DNA of 64,000 nucleotides, from assembly GCF_037042905.1 (NCBI RefSeq), contig NC_087250.1, positions 25,794,001 to 25,858,000 on the forward strand. The letters run 5' to 3'. A program made the position numbers and the translations under genes. Source of the DNA: Lytechinus pictus. Lineage: Eukaryota. Positions 24,795-36,682 of this stretch are shown one piece after another. The notes beneath the pieces are model-generated. The model did no database searches. It was not told the origin of the DNA and saw only the letters and a list, made by a program, of their open reading frames with translations. Position 1 is the first letter of the stretch. The number at the start of each line of letters is the position of its first letter.

Positions 24795-26089
24795 TTAATA
24801 CGCAAACTCATAATCGATTAATCTCAAAATGAAATATTGGAAATTTTCTGTTCTTACGTCATGTGTTAACAGAACAAAATCATGTACTTATCTGCATATC
24901 TTACTTTTTTGTTATCAAAACAAAATAATTAGAAGAAAAATATTCCAAAATTATGGTGATTTCAAAAATTTTATCATAAATATATACAATGATAACCTGA
25001 TATATTATGTGTTTTTATTGTCATTAAAACATTTTATTATTCATATGACTTATTGCTCCAAATTTTGCCACACATGTACATGATGTATGAGGTGTCTTTC
25101 ATGTCATCGGGATTTGCACATTATGGTCTGGTCATTAAAAGTGTATAGAGACAAAATACATTTTAAACTTTGCTAAATGTGACAAACGATTATTAAATGG
25201 TAACGGTTGGTCCTTATTGTCGTTTAAAAAAAAAAATGAAATATTGTATAAATCAAGCCATACAAAAACATAAGCAATAGTGAGTAAGGGCATCGTCGAC
25301 TTTTTCATTCGCAATCCACTGATTCGTGCACATAACTGTTTTGTGAGAACAAAGCATTAAAATGTTATAGGTTTCTTATTCTACATCCGTGATCCAATTT
25401 TCATGACACTTTTATCGATATGCTCGCTTGATTTTTCTGTACTGATTTAAATCAACATTATATCTGAGAGGACTCGACCTTTAAATTTCGACAAAAAACC
25501 TGTCAGTTGTCCATTATGATTTGAATTGTATTAAAAAGAAATTGGTGCGTTATAAAAAGTATCTAAGAATTAATTGCAAAAATAGGCAAATCTTCAAGCT
25601 AAGATGTCAAGGCGAAGGGAGTCAACAACGATCGCATTTTGCGGGCATTCGTAGGCAGCAGTAGTTAATGGGGAAAATACATAATCGATTAATTTAAAAA
25701 GTAAAATTGTTGTACATTTTTGGTTCTTATTTCATGTGCAAAATCCTGTACTTATCTTCTCATCTAATTTACTCAAACATTTTTAAAAAAATTACAAGAA
25801 AAATCAAAATGAATAAAAAATGAACATTCAAACAATGCAATGATCAATTAACAATACAATGCAATGATGAATACTTACAATGCTCACTTGTTATAATTTA
25901 TTTTTCATTGTTATTAATACGTTTTATTGACCTCAATGTTTATCTATTGTATCAACAACATAATGAATTAGCACATTTTGTCAGACACGTACACATATCT
26001 TGTGATGAAGTGTCTTATAATTATAGTCAGGTTATATAGAAATAAACAGAGCGAGTATCCCATACGTCTTCAAAACGTCTTCAATACTT

Positions 26090-26400
26090 GAAGTGGTACA
26101 CCCTCAATTCTAGACGGAATTATCTTTTGATGAGTTTTATTGTTAAAGTATTATTTTGCCTCATAAAATGTGAAGCTGTTGAATATAATATCCATGTTAA
26201 TCCCAGATATTTTGAAGTGATTCAATTCAAACATCTAAAAGCTCGCACCCAAAGATTGCATGGTTCTGCTATTCATACATTTCCTCGTGTGTGGGGTTCA
26301 CTACCTTCTACCTTAAAGGTAGATATTGTACTACTGTCCTTTCACACCTGGTTTAATAAATTAAAACAACATGTATTATCAACCGGTTGAATGTAAACTC
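26090..26400 (+). mobile_element. LINE (CR1/L2-clade-like) ORF2 C-terminal remnant
   Basis: ARTQ...SAIHTFPRVWGSLPSTLK...FNKLKQHVL resembles the W-N-S-L-P...F-K-x-K-L-K end of CR1/L2-group ORF2. Confidence 0.6.
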
Positions 26401-27254
26401 ATTTTATTTTCAACGAATTTAAATTTTAGCTCTGACAGCTTTCCAGATCTTTGTAAGCTTTATGTTGTGCAGTGTACATGAGACTCTGACGTGGTTTTTT
26501 TTTTTTTTTTATTGTTCCAAATTCCTTACATTGATCATAATTATTCTCAGTTTACATCAATGAATTTGTAAAACTTGCTTTTGGTCATATATTGCGGGGG
26601 GGGGGACCAGTAATTTCTTGTCTCAATCATAATGTTGGCTTTTCAGCCTACATGTATAGGGTCTAATCAAACTTAATTTATATGCCAATCATTTTGTAAA
26701 CATGCATGCTAAATCATTTATTGCACAGCGCCCTCTTCATTCAAATTGTGTCAATCTGGGCACGTGCTCACATTTAATTATTATTTGAATTTTTTTTTTC
26801 TCGTGAGCTCTACTTCTACCCAGGTTGACACTTCTTCTTTTTAATTCTTGATTTAATTCTAATTTAATTTGTTGTCATCTTCAACAACTATATAGTTGTA
26901 TTTTACTATTTTGTAGTACATGTATGTATGTTATTTTTGTAAAGTCACATGGATTGGAAAGGAAGACCTTCGGGTTATAGTTATTTAGTTAATCTTTTTC
27001 CTTTCCCGGCATCCATGTGACTCTCCTATTCCTATTGTTTGTATATGTTGTTTATGTATTATGCCGAATAAATAATAATAATAATAATAATAACTGTGTT
27101 TTGTCTCTCATTGACTGTGTTTTATGCCTACATAGTTGTTTAATATACCTGTTCAGATATATACTACGGAGAATAAATTGACCTTTTATTTCAACTGTTT
27201 TCCTAATTGGAAACATGATTATCGCGGTATAACTGTATCAAGTGGTTAATTAGC

Positions 27255-27422
27255 GTGTGCGTGCGTGTTTGAGTTTTGTCAGACGTGCATCATTCATATA
27301 TCATTATTTACGTCTGGGACCGACTTTTAACGTCACCATCCGAAAGACGTGACCAGGGCTTGAACCTCGAAATTCTGCATCAATTTGTAACTTCCCCACA
27401 ACCTAGATTACAACGCCCAGTA
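27255..27422 (-). mobile_element. SINE with 7SL/Alu-domain-like head, copy 3 (small head deletion), 7-bp TSD
   Basis: Flanked by AATTAGC at 27248-27254 and 27423-27429; the paralogous site at 40831-40837 has one AATTAGC and no insert. Confidence 0.85.
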
Positions 27423-28477
27423 AATTAGCATGTTATTATTCAAGTGGGTCTATATAACTAGACTATACTAGCATTATGGGTCAGGAAACTGGCAAGGTAT
27501 GAGTAGGTGAGGACTCCAGATGGCGCTATTTTTGAAAAATTACTATCAAATGTAAAACAGTTATTCCTTATCGTCTCTTATTTAAAAATTGAAATATTTT
27601 ATATATCAGGCAAAGACAAAAGAGACTTTTTATTCTTATATATTTGTGCACGTAGCTGTAGTTTGAAAAACAAACGAAGCATTAAACTTTCTTATACTAC
27701 ATCCGGAATTGATGAAAATGTCTGCGATATGCTTGGATGATTTTTCTGTATTGATTCAAATCAACATTATACCTGGAGTGGACTCGAAGGTATTGGTGCG
27801 TTGTAAAAAGCGTCTGAGAAGTAATTGCATAAATACCCCAATCCTTGAGCAAAGATAGCAAGGCAAAGAGAGTCAACAATCGTACTTTTTGGCATTCTCA
27901 ATAAGTACTTTAACAAAAATAAAACAACAACAGAAAAAAATATATTTATTGTGGGCCGAATCGTGAAAGTGTGAACTGAGGTATGATTAGGACGGTATCG
28001 TTTATTACAATGCAATAGCAAACTAAATCGAATCTTTCACGATTCATTCACATCATTTTGGTGTGGGGTATGTAAGACAGATGGAAATACTGCTTGCACG
28101 CGATTGTCATGGCTTAACAAAATGCTAGCTTACATTAATAAGCTGTTTTAGATATCTGTAAACTGTGGCTTAACGGTGGGGGGGGGGGGGGGGGAGGGGG
28201 GTAGTTTGATTATTTTTATGACGTCACAAAGCTCAGTTCATGTGCCGGATCTAGACCTTTGATGACATGACCATTAACATTGGTTTGGCAGACTTTCTAG
28301 AGAGCGTTTCATCAACTTTTGTCCTACAGATCTGATAACTTTCCTTGATTCTGATTGGCTGAGAGGTAACTGGTTCTATTGACGGATAAAACAGGATTTG
28401 TCGAATAAAAATCCTTTCATGAAAGACTCCCCTGATGAAGTAGGTGTTTACTGAAAGTACATTTATTTATCTAACCA

Positions 28478-28661
28478 CCCTTTCACAAGTTAAAAAAAAA
28501 TAGTAATTTGAATAATGATTCCAGTGTAAAATAAGGCTAATGACGATTATTTAGCACGTGTGAAAGCAAACAAGAACATGATTAGAATCACGAACGCTAA
28601 TCACAGTCACGATAACAATCATCATTACAATGATGATTCAAGATTCACGTGTGAAAAGGCC
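28478..28661. mobile_element. MITE; related copy at 61943-62131
   Basis: CCCTTTCACA...TGAAAAGGCC termini; shared GAACATGATTAGAAT(C/T)ACGAACGCTAATCAC. Confidence 0.7.
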
Positions 28662-28689
28662 GTTATTTTCATAGCAAGGCTTTGAAAAT

Positions 28690-28728
<39 letters not shown>

Positions 28729-29842
28729 CACTGTAAAAGCCTGTTTAGAACTTCAGACTGTAATTCTCAAGCAGGTGGTACAGTTGTATGAGACAACGTT
28801 TATAATGTGTATACTGACCAAGGAAACCAACGAGTGTTTTTTGGCCTTACAATCAGGTAGCAAGCCCGGCATGCCATAATTGCTGCATCTTTGTTAAGTG
28901 TAATTAAATAAAAAGAAAAGTGCATAAATCTAAATTTGCATTATCAAATAATTGTCTTAGGGAAAAAATGATACTAAAATCGTTTTAGATTCATCTTAAT
29001 ATTTTATACTAGGTGACATAATCTCATTTAAAGCATGTGTTATATATTTTTTTATTTTAAATTGTGAAACAGTATAAAACTCAACACTATTTCTATAGAA
29101 AAGACGTGTGGATTGAAATTAAATCGACTTTAATGATGCTGTTCATATCTGAAAGGTTAATGGGCCAGATTTTTTAGGTGTGGGGGGGGGGGTAGGAGGA
29201 TTCGGATCGCTAGAAGGTGGGGTATTTTATGAAGGGATAAGTCTGTTGTTATATCTGGCAGAATTAGTTTTATCCGACCATAAGTATACTAAGAACTTGG
29301 CTGTAGATATGCCGTTATAACAAAGGTGCCCCCCCCCCCTGATAGCGAAGACTTTTTTTGCTTGTCCATTTTATAAAAAAATAAAATAAATTTCGAGCAC
29401 ACATAATCAATTCTGAATAATTAGTGTATAGATTATGGGATGTGTTTTTGAGACATTTTGTGTTAAGAAATTTGATATTAGGATAACAAAAATGTAAAAA
29501 AATTACACGAGTTGGTAGTAAAATAATGATCAACCCCCCCCCCTCCTCCCCTTCACAAGTTCACTCAAGAACGTCCACCATCATTACTCATCATGGCAAT
29601 AGCGTTACAGAACTTTTTTTTGGGGGGGGGGGGCAGACATGCCAATGGGGCAAATATTTTACAATTTGTTCAACAAGATTTTTTCACTGTTTTGATAGGG
29701 CAAACTGGTATTATGATATATTTTGACATACTATTAAGAAGATTATGAAAATAATGAAATGTTCATCCCCTTTCTTTTATTATTTTCTTCATTGAAAAAC
29801 AGGTAAGGGGGATAGGAGAGATGAATAAAGAGGTAGAGGGGA

Positions 29843-29876
<34 letters not shown>

Positions 29877-30994
29877 CGAGAGCAACATTTGCTGACAGGA
29901 GATTTTATCAATGTGTGGTAAATGAATGAATACAATGAACAAAATATCGTACTAAGTTTGTTTAATATACTAAATTCACTATAGTAGGCCTTTAATAACA
30001 GTGTTATTGTACAATTGCATAATGACGTCCATAAATGGAAGTCATATTTGCTTAAGCAAATTGCTACATCGTTAATTAAGCGACCAAAGTGAAACTGATA
30101 ATTGGTTCCATGCGCCTTATAATAGCAAGCGTTATGTACATACGACTTACTGAGTTTTACCATTCAATTTAGGCCAACGCGATCAAAACAAGTGTATCGA
30201 ACCACTGGCAATTAGAATAACGCTAATTACCACTTAACAGAAACGCTTAAAAAGGGTCTCCCATGCTTTATTTAATTAATAGGCAGTTTTCGCTGCTCGG
30301 CGGACAACGAATTCTAGAACACAGTTTATGTATTGAAAATGCTTGCAAATGACAATGAACAGCTGGGATGTTTTGTCAAAAATTCTTGAACTGGAACAGC
30401 AAGTTAGTCTTTCATGTAAGTTTCGGAGCTGACGAATAATTGCAAATATTTCGTTTACTCGTCCAGAGTCCGGGAAGAAACTGCTGTTTCGATTCACCAA
30501 TTTTCGACAAAGACTTCTGCGTTGCTCTTTGACCTGAATGCAAGGGCGGAAATCTCTCCCCAAGCAAAAATAAGAAGGTTATCACCCCAAAAGGTCATTT
30601 CAACCAAAATAAATTTGACAAGCCCCCCCCCCCCAAAAAAAAAAAAGAGAGAAAAAAAGTTAATCATCCAATCATCCAAAATACATGTTTTATTTCGAGT
30701 TTTAGTGATGTATTAATTCCATCATAAAAGACCAAACATAGTCGGGGGACATTTCATATAGAACTGTATGTATTATTTTAAGTATATATTGTTTTGAGGG
30801 GCAAATCATATTTTAACCACACCCCACCCCCTCCCGATTCAAAAAAAAAAACGAACAAAGAGATGAAGCAAAAAGAATGACATTTTATGTAAATTTATTA
30901 CTTTTAAAATAAATACACACTAAAATTTGTAAAACAATGTAATCTTGTTACCTGTCCCATGTCCTTTAGTCATGACTGTATAAATATGATTGAA

Positions 30995-31587
30995 AAGTCA
31001 AGTCCACCCCAGAAAAATGTTGATTTGAATAAAAAGGAGAAAAATCAAACTAGCAAAACGCTGAAATTTTTCATCAAAATCGGATGTAAAATAAGAAAGT
31101 TATGACATTTTAAAGTTTTGCTTATTTTTCACAAAACATATGCACAACTCAAACGAGACAGTCGATGATGTCCCTTACTCACCATTTCTTTTGTTTTTCA
31201 TTGTTTGAATTATACAATATTTCATTTTTTTTATAGATTTGACAATAAGGACCAACTTGACTGATCATATAGTATTAAACAATGCTCATTCCACATGTTC
31301 AAGGAGGAATTAATCGTTCTTTCACTTGACAATGAGGAGAAAAATTGAATATTCCATATTTCATACTATAAAATACCAAATAAATGGTGAGTGTATGACG
31401 TCATCAGTCACCTCATTTGCATATCCACCAGAATGTGCATATAACTGTTTTGTGAAATTAAGCAAAACTTAAAAATGTCAATACTTTCTTATTTTACATC
31501 TGATTTTGATGAAATTTTCAGTGTTATGCTTGTTGGATTTTTCTCTTTTTATTCAAATCACCTTTTTGTTGGCGGTGGACTTGTCCT
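30995..31587. mobile_element. TTAA-flanked (Kolobok-like) MITE
   Basis: GTCAAGTCCACC ... GGTGGACTTGTCCT|TTAA. Confidence 0.85.
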
Positions 31588-34500
31588 TTAAAGAGGTACA
31601 TGGATTCAAATAAAACATATTATTTATATCCTAAATGAATACAATATACATGTACCTCAATCAAGTGTACAACTACAAACATGATACATAATAATACATC
31701 TTTAAAAACAAGAATAACTAAATCCTATTTTTATGCTTAATAAATATTTTCATTTAAAAGAGACAAAGATTTATGTAATATCATGAAGAGGAACTCACAG
31801 TGATGTTATTTATTCTTCTCCTTTTCTCCTCTTCCACCCCTCCTCTTCTTTTTCTTCTTCATCTTCTTCTTTTCCTCCTCCTTTTTGGTTGTCTTATTTT
31901 CTACTTATTGTTCATTTGTATTATTATGACCTATCATCATTAACATTATAATGATTTTATGATAACAATCATAAAAAGATATCCACAATGGCAATATGAT
32001 TATTATCTCTGAAAAAATGAAAATTAGTACTTTTGTTAATTTTCAAATCTTAAAGATAATACTTCAGGGTACAGCCAGATATTTCCCTTGCCATGTGCAA
32101 CCAGGTCCATGAAGTCACGTCTTCAACAGTCTTGACTCTTGAACAATCTGAAATTAGAATAATCAGTGAAGACAACTTTAGCAACTCAACTTTATAATAG
32201 AAGAGTGTTCACATACATGTGCATTTATGATGTATCTCTTCAAGATTATGAAAGAGCCTTTTGAGATTGCAATGACAGGCTTAAATAACAAAAAATTATA
32301 TAATGTAAAATAAAAAATGGGTTAATAGTCTCCGAATATTATTTTTTATACCCTTATATGGTTGTAAGAATATATTTTATTTCAATCAAGTCATTGGAGA
32401 AAATGTTCATATGTGGCGAAAAAATACAACACAAAATTGAGGTCAAGGTCATGTTTATGTTATCAACTTGCCACCTCTCCCTTCTACTCCTACCACTATT
32501 TCATTCTTAAATGCACTTATATTATGTTTATGCTTGTAAGCTCACGTTGTTAGTCTCTTTGTTGAGATTCTAATGAAAAATATAAATCAACTGAATCTGA
32601 ATCTCTTGCAAAAGTTAAGTGGAAAATAACTGTTACAATAGTATGGATTCTATAGTCTTCCTAGATTTTGTTTTAATTTTGACGTGTTACATTGTTTTTG
32701 CTCTTACATATTTTTGAGAATGCATTCCATAATTATATTGTCATTAATTGAAATATTAAGAGAGCTCAGTTGTCAATTAAAACTTGACTTTCAAAAAAAA
32801 ATTAATGAGATTGATATCATCCATTTTTGTGAGTAAATTTAAGATGAAATTATTACAAGATGTGGATGAATTGTAAAAGAGATTCATATTTGAAAATGAA
32901 TGATATATAACAGTACATCACATTTACAACCGCTCTTAAAAACAATAAAATAAATTAGAATAAATATTACCGTACAGTATACTTGTATTTACAAGTAGAA
33001 TATTCAATTAACACAACTTTATATAAAAACTCACCTTCATACTAAGAGATTTCTTGTTCAATGGCACACAGTGGCAGAGTGTCTGGACTTCCATCTCCTT
33101 CCAGTTGCAATCCCCTTCTTTATTTCTACCTCTTCTCACCGTTTGTGTGGTTCAACTGTTAGGAAAGTGAATACCAAATTTTTTATAGTAACAGATGAGA
33201 ATGAATTCATATTTACATTTTGAATAAACTGAAGTCCCTTTAAAAAAATATTTTAATCATTACAGATTTTGTCAAATATATTTTGACAGGGGTGTTGGGA
33301 CAGTTTCACTGGCTATTTTCAGAACTGTGTAAAAATGAATTCTATCCATGAGTGCATTGAGAATACTAATCAAAGGCAAATAAGGTCTAGTCATTCAACC
33401 TTGAAATGGTTTGATAAAAACACTAAGAAGGTTCAGATTTGAACCTTAGGGGTTGGTACAATAAGGAGTGCCAATGAGAGCAATTATGCTCATTTGTGCA
33501 CCTTTATGGGTGTAGCAGATTTGAACCATGTAATAAAGGTTAAAAGATTTGAACATTTTTAATGTTTAAGTAATACTATTATGCACCTTAAAAGGTAAAA
33601 TGTTGCCCCTTTTATTGTGCAAACGAACATTTCTGGGTGCAAACAATAATTTTTGCACCTTTTATCACTTAAGGGTGCAATATTGCAAGGAGAGTACAAG
33701 TGTTTCATTAAGGCTTCAAATTCCTTCTTTCTGTTAGAAAAATATGTTAGAAAAATGATTTACACACGCAATATATGAATACTTCTAATGAAGAAAGGTT
33801 TTGATAGGTAAGAAAATTTTAGGCCTTATAATTCTATTATTTATACAAAAAATAGGGATTTAAAAAAATTCAAATTGCCAAGGTTTTTTTTCTAAAAAAA
33901 GCACCCCTTTAATAATTTATCTAAAAAATTCTTTAGAGTAAATAGGTAAAAGAAATAGAATATAGTATAAAATTTTTTTGATAACAGTCACCGAGAGAAT
34001 TTCAATTATCATGGTTATTTTTATCCACAGATCAGAAACCAAATCTTGTAGTTACCGGTAATGGAAATGCCTTTTCTCCAAGCATATTACTTGTGCATTG
34101 GTTTAAAATTAATAGAAAAGGCATTTGATAAGGTTTTTAACCTGTTAAACAAATCAAAGAACTAAAATGTGCACTATATCTAAACTTATCAAACAGGTAG
34201 CTTGTCTACAGGCCAGCAGCCAGCTCGCAGAGAATATATTCAAATCAGAAAACACAGAGGATACATACATGTAGATCTATTTTTTGTTGTTGACTGCATG
34301 TTCAACTCATTGCTTTTGTTAAAAATTGGAAGAGTCTAAAATATCAATCGAAGATGTACATTAATATCTATATTAGATATCAACATACAATGTAGTCATC
34401 AGTCTCATCAGACAAGTTTTTTGTGAAATTACATGTCTTTTCAGTTCAGTGTTTAACTTAATTAGTTCATTGTGTAATTCTTCTCCCCCCCCCTTTCTTT

Positions 34501-34599
34501 CCCTACCTGTTCAGTAGTCTCCAGTCTTTGTTAACACAGAGGGTGTCCCAGGGTTTTCTAGATTATTTTATCACCTTTATTACACACCAATCACTTTAG

Positions 34600-34702
34600 T
34601 TTTTTTTTGCTTTCTTTTGCTTTTTTTTTGCTTTTTTTTTTGCTTTTTTTTGCTTTTTTTGCTTTTTTTTTGCTTTTTTTGCTTTTTTTTTGCTTTTTTT
34701 TG
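34600..34702. repeat. (T7-9GC)n simple tandem repeat
   Basis: Direct reading. Confidence 0.9.
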
Positions 34703-36009
34703 GATATACAACTCGCTCCTAGGGTCTTATACTCTACATGTTATTGTAGTGCACATCTTCCAACTGATGAATCTTGACTAGATCTAGGCCTCTACCCCTG
34801 ACATTAGAAAACAATATTAGAGCTAGACTACCCTATTCCATAGCTCTATCATAAACCCAGGGGGCTCTACTACCGTAGCGTAGGCAGCAGAGGCCCCGCC
34901 TTCCAAAATGTTAGAACCTACAGTACTAGACTCAATTTGAATTTTAATGTCAGAGTTAAGAAGCCAGGCTAAAGATTAGACATAGAATGGATCTAGAGTA
35001 ACATTTGTAGTTCTAGTAGATCCATAATGTTAGATAATCTATGATAGATAGGCCCTACAAATGATTAGCTTACTTATGATGCAAAGAGTTTCAATTTTGG
35101 GCCCTAGAATATACAAATAAATTACAAGCGATCGCTCGTTCTGCCTGAGCTGCATCTAATTCAGATCTCTTGTATTGCTAAACTAGATTGGGTCCCGAAT
35201 TAGGTCTCCATTTTGATCTATAATAAAAGCATGAATGTAAGGAACCCAAGCCAGACCCGGTCCAGGGCTGCACCACCTCATTCCCTGGCCAGAACCAAGG
35301 CCCAAGCCGGGGTAGGCCTACATGTAGATCTAGTAAAGTAGTATTACAATGGTAGGGCCAGCTTAGCTAACCAAGACAAATTTAAATTTCTTAAATCTAG
35401 ATCTAGACCTGGGAGGTCTAGTGACTAGTCTAACTTAGACCCTAGATAGAAAACTAGATCAGAATAGATCTACTGACTAATGCAGATCTAGACTAGAACT
35501 TAAAAGGGGCCAAGCTAATATAGCTAATATAGCTAGGGCCTGGCCCTGCCTACCTCAGACGAGGGCTCGTATAGGCTCCAATACACTTCACTACCGCTAC
35601 CCTCCGCTCCACCTAGTGGAGCCTATACATGTAAGAACACTCGCTTGAGGTAGGTCATACCTAGGCTCTATTCTCTAGCCTAATTTTTTTTTATCTACTA
35701 ACATAGGCTCTGTTATAACTTATATAGGTCTGGCCTGGGCTATAGGCCTTAACTTATTCTTACTTAGTTTGTCTTAGTTACTGAGGAGTGAGGGCTAGAA
35801 AGTCTAGCGCCTGGTTCTGACGCGACGGTCAGTGAGTGACAGAGCTGGATAGACTCTAACGTTAGGCCCTAACTAGAAGGTCTAGTCGAGTCGAATCTAA
35901 CGCTAGGCCTAGACTAGATCTAACTTGTTAACGTTAGAATTTAGACTCTAGAAAGACTACTGACTAGATTTAGAATTTTCCAGAAAGGGCGGGGGTGCTC
36001 TAAAAAAAA

Positions 36010-36195
36010 CCTTAAAAATCAATGTCCAATATGTTGTGAAGATGAATTAAAACTGTTTTCTGTCGGTGTTCATTCCACGCATTATTCATGTTCATCCGAC
36101 ACAGGAACCTTAAAAACAATGTCCAATGTCGTGAAGATTATTTAAAACTGTTTTCTGTCTATTCTGACGGTGTTGATTCCATGCATTATTTGTCT
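36010..36195. repeat. Two-copy ~98-bp tandem repeat
   Basis: CCTTAAAAA...AATGTCCAAT...GTGAAGAT...AAAACTGTTTTCTGTC...ATTCCA(C/T)GCATTATT occurs twice. Confidence 0.8.
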
Positions 36196-36682
36196 TTGTC
36201 AAACGCCGGAACCTCCGGCTAGCACTGCCGGCCTTGTACGACTAAAAGCAGCCGGAGAGTTTACAAGCAATCATTGCATAAAATTGACGGCGATAATAAT
36301 TAATTCAAAATATCTCTTAATACTTAGAAACTTTAATTCTTAGTCAGAACGTGAGATAGATCTATTATCTATGATATATAACCATGAAAATTGGATACAT
36401 ACCAAAATATGCCTCTTTCCCGTCAAAATGGGAAGCCGATGACCCTTTTTCGCAAGAACTTGCTGCGGCTGAAAAATGACAACTTATGCCAAGTTTATGT
36501 CAACAGGCTCGTTCGTGACTATTCAGTTTATGTAATGATGATTAAATCGCGTCATAAGCTAAAACAATACATAGATATTTTTATGCAACAGAATTTATAT
36601 CAACGGCATAAGCTATGCATGATTTTATGTTATTATCGAAATTTATGTCATTATGACATAAATTTTTTTGCAACAGGGCCCA

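Larger units (their letters stand above)
22700..27950 (+). repeat. Four degenerate tandem units (cores near 22720, 24075, 25495, 27790); paralogs near 38420, 39670, 41220
   Basis: Recurring CTCTCAGCTGTCCATTATGATTTGAA...AGATGTCAAGGCGAAGGGAGTCAACAA...GCATTC. Confidence 0.85.
20274..30760 (+). repeat. Segmental duplication, copy A
   Basis: Colinear with 36683-43030 from GAAAACATACCTGTCAAAG to GTCGGGGGACATTTCATAT, with copy-specific insertions and deletions. Confidence 0.92.
32050..36260 (-). ncRNA. Candidate spliced long non-coding transcript (or decayed transposon gene)
   Basis: Minus-strand exon-like blocks: 33155-33035 (ttcctaacAG / GTGAGT) and one starting at 32147 (ctaatttcAG); CpG patch near 36200-36260; no long ORF. 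Confidence 0.35.

Noticed and set aside
30276..30563. Recurrent ORFs with LCRKLVNRNSSF (also 12909-13358 and 42575-42889) as a small protein family
   Set aside because: They are translations of the shared palindromic repeat; the central segment flips orientation and frames are not conserved between copies.
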